Source: a virus. Taken from it: a DNA stretch of 57,776 bases. Shown here one piece after another: positions 24,329 through 32,611 of the stretch (position 1 is its first letter; every line of letters begins with the position of its first letter). The notes beneath the pieces are model-generated. The model was given only the letters and a program-made list of their open reading frames with translations. It had not been told where the DNA came from and did no database searches. The translations under genes were made by a program, and so were the position numbers. The DNA is taken from positions 1-57,776 of IMG/VR virus record IMGVR_UViG_3300045988_022519, one strand, 5' to 3'.

Positions 24329-25612
24329 TTATGTATTTTGAACCGTTCTTGTCAAATCATCCATCTCATTATTGGCATCGTCATACTCGTCCTGTTGAAT
24401 ATCATCGTCATGTTCGGAATCGTTTTGTTCCTCATCAATTGGATTAATATTTGCATTACGAAGCTGATCAGCATTGCTATCATCGGATTGTTTAAGTCCA
24501 AGAATAGCACGTACTTCATTGGATGTCATGACTTCGGATGATAGAAATACCGATGCCGAATTGGCGAGATCGTTTACAGTAACAAGCCGGAATGGATCCC
24601 GAAATGCCTTGATTCGTTGACCTTGGGTTCGAGCAGTCTTCGTAAGAAACGTCGATTGCATGGAATCCGTTATCGCTGAAATGACTGGTTCAATGGTTCC
24701 GTTATGGTAATTCAGCATCTCCTGATCTCCAGCAGTGCCATTGGCAATTGCCTCAGAAAAACCAAGATTGTTGTAAAGATCTGTCTTCAAATTCTTGATC
24801 TGATCGAGAAGATTATTATCAACTGGTCGATTCAGCTGAGTTACTTTTTCAGTACCATCGGTATACGCGATTCCATATTTGGACTTGGCAAGCTGGTCCT
24901 CGATCTGTTTACGACGTTTCTCAGCCTGTTGCATTCGTGCTTCCGATTTAATAGCGAACGGAAGCTGAATTATCATGTCCAATTTTCCAGATACTGTCTT
25001 GTCATCTATTTCATCCAAAAGATTCAGTTTATGAATAAGACGTTGAAGTGTCGAATTCGGCTGATTCATTATCGTATAAAATGGATTATTGGCGATCGCG
25101 ACCATACTCTTCGGAAGAGTTATTTTTTCACTTTCACCAGTTCTGTCGTTATACAACTGAACTTCAACATAATCCGGAAACCATTGATTCACACGTCCAA
25201 CTCGAAGAGATCGAATATCATAACTATTATTGTTGATTGGACTATTATCCACATCAACTGGAACGATTGCAGCAGCTCCGGCATCAAACATTGTAAGAAC
25301 AGCATCACGAATAAAATCACGCGATGTCTGATCCTTATTCGCTGCGAAGTGAAGGCAATCATTCAAACCGCTACTGACATCTTTGACGTATTCCTCGTCA
25401 TCATTGACATAACAATGACGAATCGGAAGTGCCGCAACATCAATTGCGATTTTGTTATATAATGATGTAATAATCGATCGTTCAGTTCCGCCGGAAAAAT
25501 ATGGACGATCAGGATTAGCCCAATTAGACGATCCGATTGATGGCCTAAAATCGGAAGCCGGTTGAAGAAAAGCATTCCAGGCGTGAACTAATCTGTCCGA
25601 TAATGTTGGCAC
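24329..25612 (-). CDS. Portal protein (candidate)
   Basis: 427 aa immediately upstream of the protease-capsid gene; GTG start 7 nt after AAGGAGG; acidic C-terminal tail. Called on position, size and general portal-like sequence character only. Confidence 0.55.
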   Translation of the reverse strand: MPTLSDRLVHAWNAFLQPASDFRPSIGSSNWANPDRPYFSGGTERSIITSLYNKIAIDVAALPIRHCYVNDDEEYVKDVSSGLNDCLHFAANKDQTSRDFIRDAVLTMFDAGAAAIVPVDVDNSPINNNSYDIRSLRVGRVNQWFPDYVEVQLYNDRTGESEKITLPKSMVAIANNPFYTIMNQPNSTLQRLIHKLNLLDEIDDKTVSGKLDMIIQLPFAIKSEARMQQAEKRRKQIEDQLAKSKYGIAYTDGTEKVTQLNRPVDNNLLDQIKNLKTDLYNNLGFSEAIANGTAGDQEMLNYHNGTIEPVISAITDSMQSTFLTKTARTQGQRIKAFRDPFRLVTVNDLANSASVFLSSEVMTSNEVRAILGLKQSDDSNADQLRNANINPIDEEQNDSEHDDDIQQDEYDDANNEMDDLTRTVQNT

Positions 25613-25624
25613 ATTGGCACCTCC

Positions 25625-26152
25625 TTATAGATTGAAACCGTGATTTCTCAGAAAAGCTTTGCCGATCGTCGCACCAATCTTGACTTCAGCTTGGGCCATA
25701 CGACCCGCATTTTGAACAAATGCCTTAGTTTCTTTCGGATTTTTGATAGCATATCCAATAGCGGCTGAAGCTGCTGTAGCCGCTGCAAATCCGACAGCTG
25801 CAGTTGCCTCTCTGGTAATTGTACGTCCGACCCGTCCAGCGCCTTGACGAAAACCTTTTGTTTTATCGGTAACAGTTCGCTGACGTTGCGCAGACCTTCG
25901 AGCCTTACTCAGATCCTGTTTGGCATACGCCTTTTCATATTCGGCTTTATACGTCGGATCCTTAGACTTTTGCTTTACAATGGCATTGATATTTCGTCTT
26001 CGGACACCAGCACCCTCACCATAATACATTTTGGCACGTGCTGATTCTTTCGCATCTCTTCGGGCTTCTCGTCGAACACCCCATTTCATGCCTTTGACGC
26101 CGAAATGCTCAAGGTAATCCGGATAGTAATAATCATTAATATCTTTCGTCAT
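25625..26152 (-). CDS. HFGVKGMKWGVR-leader family protein 1 (175 aa)
   Basis: N-terminus DYLEHFGVKGMKWGVRREARR, basic region, then Ala/Gly-rich hydrophobic segment ATAAVGFAAATAASAAIGYAI. Confidence 0.7.
   Translation of the reverse strand: MTKDINDYYYPDYLEHFGVKGMKWGVRREARRDAKESARAKMYYGEGAGVRRRNINAIVKQKSKDPTYKAEYEKAYAKQDLSKARRSAQRQRTVTDKTKGFRQGAGRVGRTITREATAAVGFAAATAASAAIGYAIKNPKETKAFVQNAGRMAQAEVKIGATIGKAFLRNHGFNL
26073..26110. repeat. 38-nt repeat encoding the leader motif (copy 1 of 6)
   Basis: cgaacaccccatttcatgcctttgacgccgaaatgctc. Confidence 0.9.
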
Positions 26153-26158
26153 TAGAAC

Positions 26159-26575
26159 CTACTTATAATTATTACGGATTCTACTGGCAACACTAACTGC
26201 ACCATATGCTGCAAGCAAGATTGCAGTATTCCTTACTGCATCACATTTAGCTTTCGCAGTAGCTTCGGAAACAGACATGTCATTATCAACTACATACTTA
26301 GCCGCCCTCTTTCGAGTGGCATCGTCGAACATGACTTTTTCATAAAATGACGAATTCTTATTAATACCTTTATATGTATCCTTTATTGCATTCTTACGTT
26401 CTCGTTTAGCACTTTTATATGCACTTTTGGCCGAGTTCAATTGATCTTTGCCTAAACCAGCCTTACGAGCTTTCTTGTATTCAGATTTTGCATTGAGAAC
26501 TTTTTGTTTTCGAACACCCCATTTCATGCCTTTGACGCCGAAATGCTCGAGATAATCGTCTTCGTTAATGATCAC
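26159..26575 (-). CDS. HFGVKGMKWGVR-leader family protein 2 (138 aa)
   Basis: MIINEDDYLEHFGVKGMKWGVRKQKV...; hydrophobic AILLAAYGAVSVAS near the C-terminus. Confidence 0.7.
   Translation of the reverse strand: MIINEDDYLEHFGVKGMKWGVRKQKVLNAKSEYKKARKAGLGKDQLNSAKSAYKSAKRERKNAIKDTYKGINKNSSFYEKVMFDDATRKRAAKYVVDNDMSVSEATAKAKCDAVRNTAILLAAYGAVSVASRIRNNYK
26511..26548. repeat. 38-nt leader-motif repeat (copy 2)
   Basis: cgaacaccccatttcatgcctttgacgccgaaatgctc (identical to copy 1). Confidence 0.9.
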
Positions 26576-26577
26576 TT

Positions 26578-26970
26578 TTATCTCCTTAAATTGTTTAATA
26601 GTGTTGGACCATACTGTTTTAGCAAAGATCCGCCTTTTGCAACACCATAAGCAATAACGGCACCTGCAGCCATATCGGCGATCTTTTGAACCGAAGTCTG
26701 TTCGAAACGGTCAACAAATTTCTTACCAATACCTTTGTAACTTCTATTGTTTTTATAAGTGTTCTCAAGTTGCAAACGATTGTTTGCTTCCTGAAGTTCA
26801 CGATTAGACATTTCATAAGGTTTTTTCTTCATGATGTCTCGAGAACGAGTGTAATCTTCACTTGCTACTCGTTTCGTTTTTCTGGATCTAGACGATCCAG
26901 AACTCTTCTTATCATGTCGAACGCCCCACTTCATGCCTTTGACGCCGAAGTGGTATAATTCGTCAGCCAT
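26578..26970 (-). CDS. HFGVKGMKWGVR-leader family protein 3 (130 aa)
   Basis: MADELYHFGVKGMKWGVRHDKK...; hydrophobic IADMAAGAVIAYGVAKGG. Confidence 0.7.
   Translation of the reverse strand: MADELYHFGVKGMKWGVRHDKKSSGSSRSRKTKRVASEDYTRSRDIMKKKPYEMSNRELQEANNRLQLENTYKNNRSYKGIGKKFVDRFEQTSVQKIADMAAGAVIAYGVAKGGSLLKQYGPTLLNNLRR
26918..26955. repeat. 38-nt leader-motif repeat (copy 3)
   Basis: cgaacgccccacttcatgcctttgacgccgaagtggta. Confidence 0.9.
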
Positions 26971-27310
26971 CGAATCCTCCTTCTGCCTGAACGTTCAAAC
27001 GCCATTCAAGCTCAGAGATGTTATTCTTGATGCTTTCAGTGACGAATGAATTGCTTGGTGGATCGAAAAGAAGACGGACTTTGGATTGAATATATGGCTT
27101 CAATGCAGCTATGATGCATTGATTATCGCTATAATCAGACCATGTGGTTTCAGATCCATTAATCAAAAAACCATTTTTAGGTCCTATTCCAAGTTGCCAA
27201 AGATTATAAAATGCACCATTTATATGATTGGTGATTTCTTCATCAAAAGAATCATCTTCAGGTTCGACACCAAGCATCTTTTTAATAGTGTTAAGAATAC
27301 TTGATTCCAT
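26963..27310 (-). CDS. Head-tail connector protein (gp6-like / Phage_connect_1)
   Basis: 115 aa; ILNTIKKMLGVEPEDDSFDEEITNHINGAF...KVRLLFDPPSNSF...ELEWRL is typical of the gp6-like connector family. Confidence 0.55.
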   Translation of the reverse strand: MESSILNTIKKMLGVEPEDDSFDEEITNHINGAFYNLWQLGIGPKNGFLINGSETTWSDYSDNQCIIAALKPYIQSKVRLLFDPPSNSFVTESIKNNISELEWRLNVQAEGGFDG

Positions 27311-27319
27311 TTTGACCTT

Positions 27320-27739
27320 TCATTTGGAGATCGGAGTCCAAAGACATGTATCTCCAGGATGACGTTCAATCGGTAATTTGAGAATCGATTGATCACCATA
27401 ATGTATAGCATTATGTGTAAGAATAGAACATGAGATCAGATAATTTGGATCCAAGATGGTTATGTCAGAATTCTCCAATGATTCAGGAGATAGAGGACAC
27501 ATATGATGAACCATTATTCGTCCCGGTATCGGGATATCCGAACATCCAAGATCAAACCCACCATCACGTTCTATTACATAATCGCGAATCCGTTTCCATT
27601 CACGAGAACGATAGAATTTTTGATTCATGTATCTTTCAGATCCAAAAGTAGGTTCACCCACTCGTCCATGAAGCATTAGATAATTGAATCGTTCATCAAA
27701 TGTACTCATCTGTTTTAGATCAGAGTATGTTCTAATCAT
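27320..27739 (-). CDS. HNH endonuclease (terminase-associated type)
   Basis: FYRSREWKRIRDYVIERDGGFDLGC...IMVHHMCPL...LDPNYLISCSILTHNAIH. Confidence 0.8.
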   Translation of the reverse strand: MIRTYSDLKQMSTFDERFNYLMLHGRVGEPTFGSERYMNQKFYRSREWKRIRDYVIERDGGFDLGCSDIPIPGRIMVHHMCPLSPESLENSDITILDPNYLISCSILTHNAIHYGDQSILKLPIERHPGDTCLWTPISK

Positions 27740-27933
27740 GCGAATGGATAGTATACGTTCTTTCTAGCAGTACTCTTGTAACGCTTCTTGATTTCAGATA
27801 CAGTAGCCATCTTCTGAATATCCTGTTGTGTCTGTAGCCACTGACGCATGGACTTATTCGAGTATTTCTTACGGGCGTGTCGAACACCCCATTTCATTCC
27901 TTTGACGCCGAAATGATATAGTTCGTCAGACAT
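27736..27933 (-). CDS. HFGVKGMKWGVR-leader family protein 4 (65 aa, leader plus short basic tail)
   Basis: MSDELYHFGVKGMKWGVRHARKKYSNKS... Confidence 0.6.
   Translation of the reverse strand: MSDELYHFGVKGMKWGVRHARKKYSNKSMRQWLQTQQDIQKMATVSEIKKRYKSTARKNVYYPFA
27881..27918. repeat. 38-nt leader-motif repeat (copy 4)
   Basis: cgaacaccccatttcattcctttgacgccgaaatgata. Confidence 0.9.
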
Positions 27934-27937
27934 CGAA

Positions 27938-29158
27938 TTACCTACTTTCTCTTATCTTTAAAATTTCATTATTGGATAGTTTGGTATTCGGATGTTGTTT
28001 ACGATACTTAGTTACAAATTTAGTTTCGATTGAATTCTCGGCTATTTTTATAGTACCCATAGATGCAACGACTGCCGCTCCTTGTGGTGCAAAGGAATTT
28101 ACTAAAGTATGAGCAGCGATTTTTCCGGTTTCCTTGCCATACAAACCATTAATATAATCGTTCCCAAGTTTAGTAAATTTGTCAACCTTGATCTTGTCAG
28201 TATCAAATACGATCAACGGATTCTTTGCAAAATATCCAGAATTCTCTTTATCATTAACATCGCGAATGGCTCCATATCCGGCGTTTTTCAGTGCAGAATA
28301 GAATTTCTCATTAAGTTTCTGCTGATCCTTATCATGATTAACCAACAAAGTGTTAAAGGCTTTATAAGTATTATCGCCTATTTTTCCAGAATCAAGTTCT
28401 TTCTTTGCCTTACCCCAAAGTCTACCTTGTTTACCTATCGATCCTTCCATAGCTTTAGCAAGAATATCAACTTCACTCTTGAATTTACTGAATGATTCCT
28501 TATCATTATCAAGCATGTTCTTTAGTACTTTACGAGCCGACTCAGGAGAAGCAATCTTAATATCTCCAGCGGCCTTCATGGCTTTACGATACACATCGGA
28601 TCCATCCAGTCCAAGCTGTTTTCCATAAAGACCCTCGTATCTTTTCTGGTCATGCTTATTTACGAATCCATAAAATGCTCGATTCGCTGGCTCTGAACCA
28701 TCTTTGGTTATTCGTCCGATCCAGTTTCCGTTTTTGAGAATATGATCAGTTACTTTATCATAATGTTTATATGCGGCATAAGCAACCGCAGAACTTACTG
28801 CAATTCCTCCAGCGACTTTGAGAATTGTTTCTGTTTTTGCTCTATTATACGCTTTGATTTCGGATTCGTCTTTGCTAAAACCCTGATCAATGTATTTCTT
28901 TTCAAGAGCCAGCTGACGTTTTGACTTTTTATTCTGACTTTCTAGTTTCAATCGGGTCTTAGCATCTTCAAATTCACGTCGTGAATACTCAGCCTTAGCA
29001 ACATTTGATCTTGTAGAGTACCACTTTGCAATCCTCTGATCATATCGCATCTGTTCTCTCTTTTTACCGAGAGATGTCAAGGATCCATCCTCGTTCTGAT
29101 ACTTTCGAACGCCCCACTTCATACCTTTGACGCCGAAATGATAAAGTTCATCAGACAT
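27938..29158 (-). CDS. HFGVKGMKWGVR-leader family protein 5 (406 aa)
   Basis: MSDELYHFGVKGMKWGVRKYQNEDGSLTSLGKKR...; TM-like ILKVAGGIAVSSAVAYAAY; large C-terminal domain of unknown function. ATG 29158 has AAGGAG 6 nt upstream; the ORF track starts at 29194. Confidence 0.7.
   Translation of the reverse strand: MSDELYHFGVKGMKWGVRKYQNEDGSLTSLGKKREQMRYDQRIAKWYSTRSNVAKAEYSRREFEDAKTRLKLESQNKKSKRQLALEKKYIDQGFSKDESEIKAYNRAKTETILKVAGGIAVSSAVAYAAYKHYDKVTDHILKNGNWIGRITKDGSEPANRAFYGFVNKHDQKRYEGLYGKQLGLDGSDVYRKAMKAAGDIKIASPESARKVLKNMLDNDKESFSKFKSEVDILAKAMEGSIGKQGRLWGKAKKELDSGKIGDNTYKAFNTLLVNHDKDQQKLNEKFYSALKNAGYGAIRDVNDKENSGYFAKNPLIVFDTDKIKVDKFTKLGNDYINGLYGKETGKIAAHTLVNSFAPQGAAVVASMGTIKIAENSIETKFVTKYRKQHPNTKLSNNEILKIRESR
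29106..29143. repeat. 38-nt leader-motif repeat (copy 5)
   Basis: cgaacgccccacttcatacctttgacgccgaaatgata. Confidence 0.9.
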
Positions 29159-29171
29159 TGGATGCTCCTTA

Positions 29172-29630
29172 TTATACAATTGTCGTATCGACAATTATTT
29201 TGTTTCCAATTGCTTTCAATGCTTCAGATGCTGGAGATGCCCAACTATACCCTTTGCCATAACGAGCTTTTAAATAATTCATATAAATCGGACTATGGGC
29301 GTATTTGTTTACTGCCTTATTTAAACCATAATTTAGTAAAATCCTACCCTGTGGGGATGCCATTATTGCAATACCACTGGCAGCTAGTCTCACTACACGT
29401 TGACGATTTTGTTCATGCTTAGCTGCTTGCACGTAGGTCTTTCCTTTATTCATGGAACGGTTAATTCGTTTGACTCCACGATCGCCATATTTAAAAGAAT
29501 CATTACGTCGATTATAACTCGTATAGTTCTTATTACGTGGTTCTTTTTGTTTTCGAACGCCCCACTTCATGCCTTTGACGCCGAAGTGTTCAAGGTAATC
29601 GTCTTCATTAATAATCACTGTTATCCACAA
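29172..29630 (-). CDS. HFGVKGMKWGVR-leader family protein 6 (about 148-152 aa)
   Basis: ...IINEDDYLEHFGVKGMKWGVRKQKE...; hydrophobic VVRLAASGIAIMASP. Start ambiguous (TTG 29630 or GTG 29618). Confidence 0.65.
   Translation of the reverse strand: MWITVIINEDDYLEHFGVKGMKWGVRKQKEPRNKNYTSYNRRNDSFKYGDRGVKRINRSMNKGKTYVQAAKHEQNRQRVVRLAASGIAIMASPQGRILLNYGLNKAVNKYAHSPIYMNYLKARYGKGYSWASPASEALKAIGNKIIVDTTIV
29554..29591. repeat. 38-nt leader-motif repeat (copy 6)
   Basis: cgaacgccccacttcatgcctttgacgccgaagtgttc. Confidence 0.9.
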
Positions 29631-29648
29631 CCTTTCGAATATATAGTA

Positions 29649-31391
29649 TCATTCAAACGAATCTCGATTAAGTTTCCAAGAAATATAAGCATCCATCATT
29701 GCGGCAACCGAATCGATTTTTGCTTCTCTTCGAAGCTTTGCCAACTTTCGATTATTATTGGTATCCATAAGGACGATACAATTACCCATGGTGAATGACA
29801 TGATCTCTTGATCAAAAATCAATCGACGATCTTCGGCCAATTTCTTAAGTTCTCCAAGCGGAACCGACTCGGTCTTAGCACCCTGAATTACCTTTTCGAT
29901 GGCGAAATCACCGTTTTCCAAAGCCCAACGTGCAATGAAATCTTTGGCATTATATGGATCATAGCCAACCGATCGAACATCGTATTCGTTATCAAGAATA
30001 AATCGTTCAAGATCCTCGTAAACCAGATTCATGTCAAGAACGGTTCCATCCATGATTATCAAAGAACCTTCCTTAATGAACTCGTCATACTTCTGACGAC
30101 TTGCTAATGGAAGTTTTGACAATGTGTATTCGGAAATGTAATTATGTGATTTCACACCAAATGTCTCATTCCCCAATGGGAACATGAACGTGAATGAACA
30201 GAAATCATCACCCTGAGAAAGATCACAACCCATTGCGCAAGGCATACCCCAGAAATCACGTTTCCTATGAGGTAGAGTTTCTTCATAGGTAAAGAAGTAT
30301 GTATAGCCCTCCATAGGAATTCCAAAACGCTTGGCCAAAATATCGTTGCGTGTCGCTGGTGCATTCTCGGCACGTTCGACATCCAACTGATAAGTTTCAT
30401 AGCTTACAGTCTTACCGATATTCGGATTTGCTTTAATCCATAAATCTGGGTTCGATACTTCCTGTACATCATCAAGTCGATAATAGAAAATCGAAACATG
30501 CGGATTGACATAGTCGCCTTTAAGGATCGACATCAATTCCATTTTGATGGTATCACCAGCGGAATTTCGAACGGTACCTTCTGAGGATGTGGCAATGATT
30601 ACATAGTCATCGATTTTAGATGCACCCTGTTCGATAGCTCCGATGACATCCTCGCGTATATCGCCAGACAACCATTCATCAACGGTATTTATCTTACTTC
30701 GAAGACCCTGAAGTTTATCAATAGACATTGGTCGAACTTCAAGCTTGGATCCTGTAAGGAAGTTTTTGATTCCTTCCTTTACGGAAGCAAGTTTAGCCTG
30801 TTTTGATTTCGGTCCCATTCCCGGAGCGCATCCATCAGTTAGGAATTTAAACAATGGACCGACCGAACGAGTAATAGCTGTTCGCAATGGAGCCATTACT
30901 TCATCAGCCTGTTTCATTGTTGGAGCAACCGTGATCTGATGGGTCGTGGATGTATCGATGACTAGGAAATATGCCTGAACGAATTCATCATACAGAGACT
31001 TCGCACCACCTCGGGCAACAATCAAATACTGTTTGTTAATCAAACGTTTCTTGATTCTACGATTTACATAATGACCGCCAGGTTTGTCTTTGTTTGGAAC
31101 ATAGACTGACTTAGTAACGAAATAATACCATCCAAATAATTCCTCACCCCATAGTTTGAATGAATCAAGCATATGGAATTTAGAACCGTCGGTGAGGGTG
31201 AGTTCGTTTTCACAGAATTTAATAAAACCTTCAACGGGTTCTGAATCGTAATAGATTCCAGGATTTCGAATAAGATCGTCAATTCGATTCATCTCCATGG
31301 AAATCTCACGACATACTGGAATTTCTCCACGCATTACTTTCTGACGAAACTCGCCATAATATTTTGGTGTCGCAGTATTGGAAAATACCAT
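29649..31391 (-). CDS. terL: Terminase large subunit
   Basis: 580 aa; Terminase_1-like ATPase region (LIVARGGAKSLYDEFVQAYFLVID...APTMKQADEV) and a C-terminal nuclease-type region; position upstream of the head genes. Confidence 0.85.
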   Translation of the reverse strand: MVFSNTATPKYYGEFRQKVMRGEIPVCREISMEMNRIDDLIRNPGIYYDSEPVEGFIKFCENELTLTDGSKFHMLDSFKLWGEELFGWYYFVTKSVYVPNKDKPGGHYVNRRIKKRLINKQYLIVARGGAKSLYDEFVQAYFLVIDTSTTHQITVAPTMKQADEVMAPLRTAITRSVGPLFKFLTDGCAPGMGPKSKQAKLASVKEGIKNFLTGSKLEVRPMSIDKLQGLRSKINTVDEWLSGDIREDVIGAIEQGASKIDDYVIIATSSEGTVRNSAGDTIKMELMSILKGDYVNPHVSIFYYRLDDVQEVSNPDLWIKANPNIGKTVSYETYQLDVERAENAPATRNDILAKRFGIPMEGYTYFFTYEETLPHRKRDFWGMPCAMGCDLSQGDDFCSFTFMFPLGNETFGVKSHNYISEYTLSKLPLASRQKYDEFIKEGSLIIMDGTVLDMNLVYEDLERFILDNEYDVRSVGYDPYNAKDFIARWALENGDFAIEKVIQGAKTESVPLGELKKLAEDRRLIFDQEIMSFTMGNCIVLMDTNNNRKLAKLRREAKIDSVAAMMDAYISWKLNRDSFE

Positions 31392-31404
31392 GAAAATTCA
31401 CCAC

Positions 31405-31950
31405 CTAAATGTTACTAGAAGGAGTTGGACCTGATTGATTCTGATAATGTGATCCAAGATTGGCGGAACCATATACGCGAGCCACTGCTCCGGTTAGTTC
31501 GAAGAAACACAATTGACCAATTCTCATTCCCGGGAATATGCGAATCGGGTGGTTGTTCTCGTTCTTTATCTCAAGGGTAATATCTCCTGAGAAACCAGGA
31601 TCAATAAATCCAGCAGTGATATGAGTCGCCAAACCGATTCGACCCATCGAAGATTTGCCTTCGTATCGAGCCGCTAGATCGGATGGAATATTAACGGATT
31701 CATTTGTTGAACCTAGAATAAATTCCCCTGGCTCAAGAGCATAACCTTCATCTGGAATGATGAACTTAAAATATTCCAGATCCCTAAGTGACTTATCAGA
31801 AGCGTTAATCTCGCCACTTCCGATATAACGAATGATAGACTTAGAAAGAGTCACATCATAACTACATGGTTGAAGATTATTCGGATCATAAGGAGAGATA
31901 AGTTCATGATGAATGGCTAGATCATCAATGGAAACATCATTCAGAATCAT
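31405..31950 (-). CDS. dcd: dCTP deaminase (dUTPase superfamily)
   Basis: MILNDVSIDDL...LQPCSYDVTLS...GEFILGSTNESVNIPSDLAARYEGKSSMGRIGLATHITAGFIDPGFSGDITLEIKN...IFPGMRIGQLCFFEL. Start set at the internal ATG 31950. Confidence 0.85.
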   Translation of the reverse strand: MILNDVSIDDLAIHHELISPYDPNNLQPCSYDVTLSKSIIRYIGSGEINASDKSLRDLEYFKFIIPDEGYALEPGEFILGSTNESVNIPSDLAARYEGKSSMGRIGLATHITAGFIDPGFSGDITLEIKNENNHPIRIFPGMRIGQLCFFELTGAVARVYGSANLGSHYQNQSGPTPSSNI

Positions 31951-32299
31951 ACTCGGCACTACTTTCAATTGTCTGATTCGTCGCAGCACCAGAATATGTC
32001 TTAAAAGCTTCAATTGCTGCATTGGCGATTCGTGTGTATTCGCCAGAATCCTGTACGGCATTGGTCTTAGCTTCGATCATTTTGGTTTCACACCGAATCT
32101 TGGCCTGCTCAAGCTGTTCGCGTGTAGAAGCAAGTTTCAGAAAATGTGTAAGGACCTGTGATGAGGCTGTTCCCTCTCGAATCTGTTTCTCAACTAGATC
32201 AATTGTCATGTTGATCAACTGATTCTCACGTCCGGCAACTGTTTTAGCCGGAGGTTCTCTTAGGGATAAAGGTTCGTTCGACTTTGCTCGTCGAGCCAT
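31937..32299 (-). CDS. Possible terminase small subunit (120 aa)
   Basis: First gene after the structured leader; basic N-terminus then helical REGTASSQVLTHFLKLASTREQLEQAKI. Assigned mainly by position. Confidence 0.35.
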   Translation of the reverse strand: MARRAKSNEPLSLREPPAKTVAGRENQLINMTIDLVEKQIREGTASSQVLTHFLKLASTREQLEQAKIRCETKMIEAKTNAVQDSGEYTRIANAAIEAFKTYSGAATNQTIESSAEYDSE

Positions 32300-32346
32300 A
32301 CCAAATCATCTCCAGTTCTCAATTGCTTTGTAATAGTTCAAATAAG

Positions 32347-32477
32347 ATTCGGACTACTAAACAAGGGTATGGATGCTTTTATGCTATGATTGAAAGGAGT
32401 TTCCACCGGTTTTTAAGCCGTCATGACGTGGAATTTTGTTTATCAAAGCATCCACACCCCTGCTTAGTAGCCCGAAT
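32347..32477 (-). promoter_or_regulatory. Large RNA hairpin (33-bp stem, 65-nt structured loop) in the leader of the late/packaging operon
   Basis: Arm 32347-32379 is complementary to 32445-32477. The 4 non-Watson-Crick positions are all G-U on the minus-strand transcript but A-C on the plus strand. Confidence 0.6.
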
Positions 32478-32548
32478 CACACCCAAGAAGAAAACGACTT
32501 TCCAGAAAAATCACCCGCGGAGAATTTTCGAAGGGAGCGGCGATGCAG

Positions 32549-32582
32549 GAGGGGGTGCGATTTTGGATGAGCCCACCCCCTC
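32549..32582. other. GC-rich 9-bp hairpin in a GC-rich island (candidate cos/pac-region element or plus-sense terminator)
   Basis: gagggggtg (32549-32557) / caccccctc (32574-32582); a T-run follows only on the plus strand. Confidence 0.3.
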
Positions 32583-32611
32583 TTTTAATCATTTTATATT
32601 CAGAAACATAA

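Noticed and set aside
31951-32061. 37-aa N-terminal extension of the dCTP deaminase ORF
   Set aside because: It overlaps the end of the preceding gene (31937-32299), has an unrelated basic sequence, and the family-typical start MILNDVSI begins at 31950.
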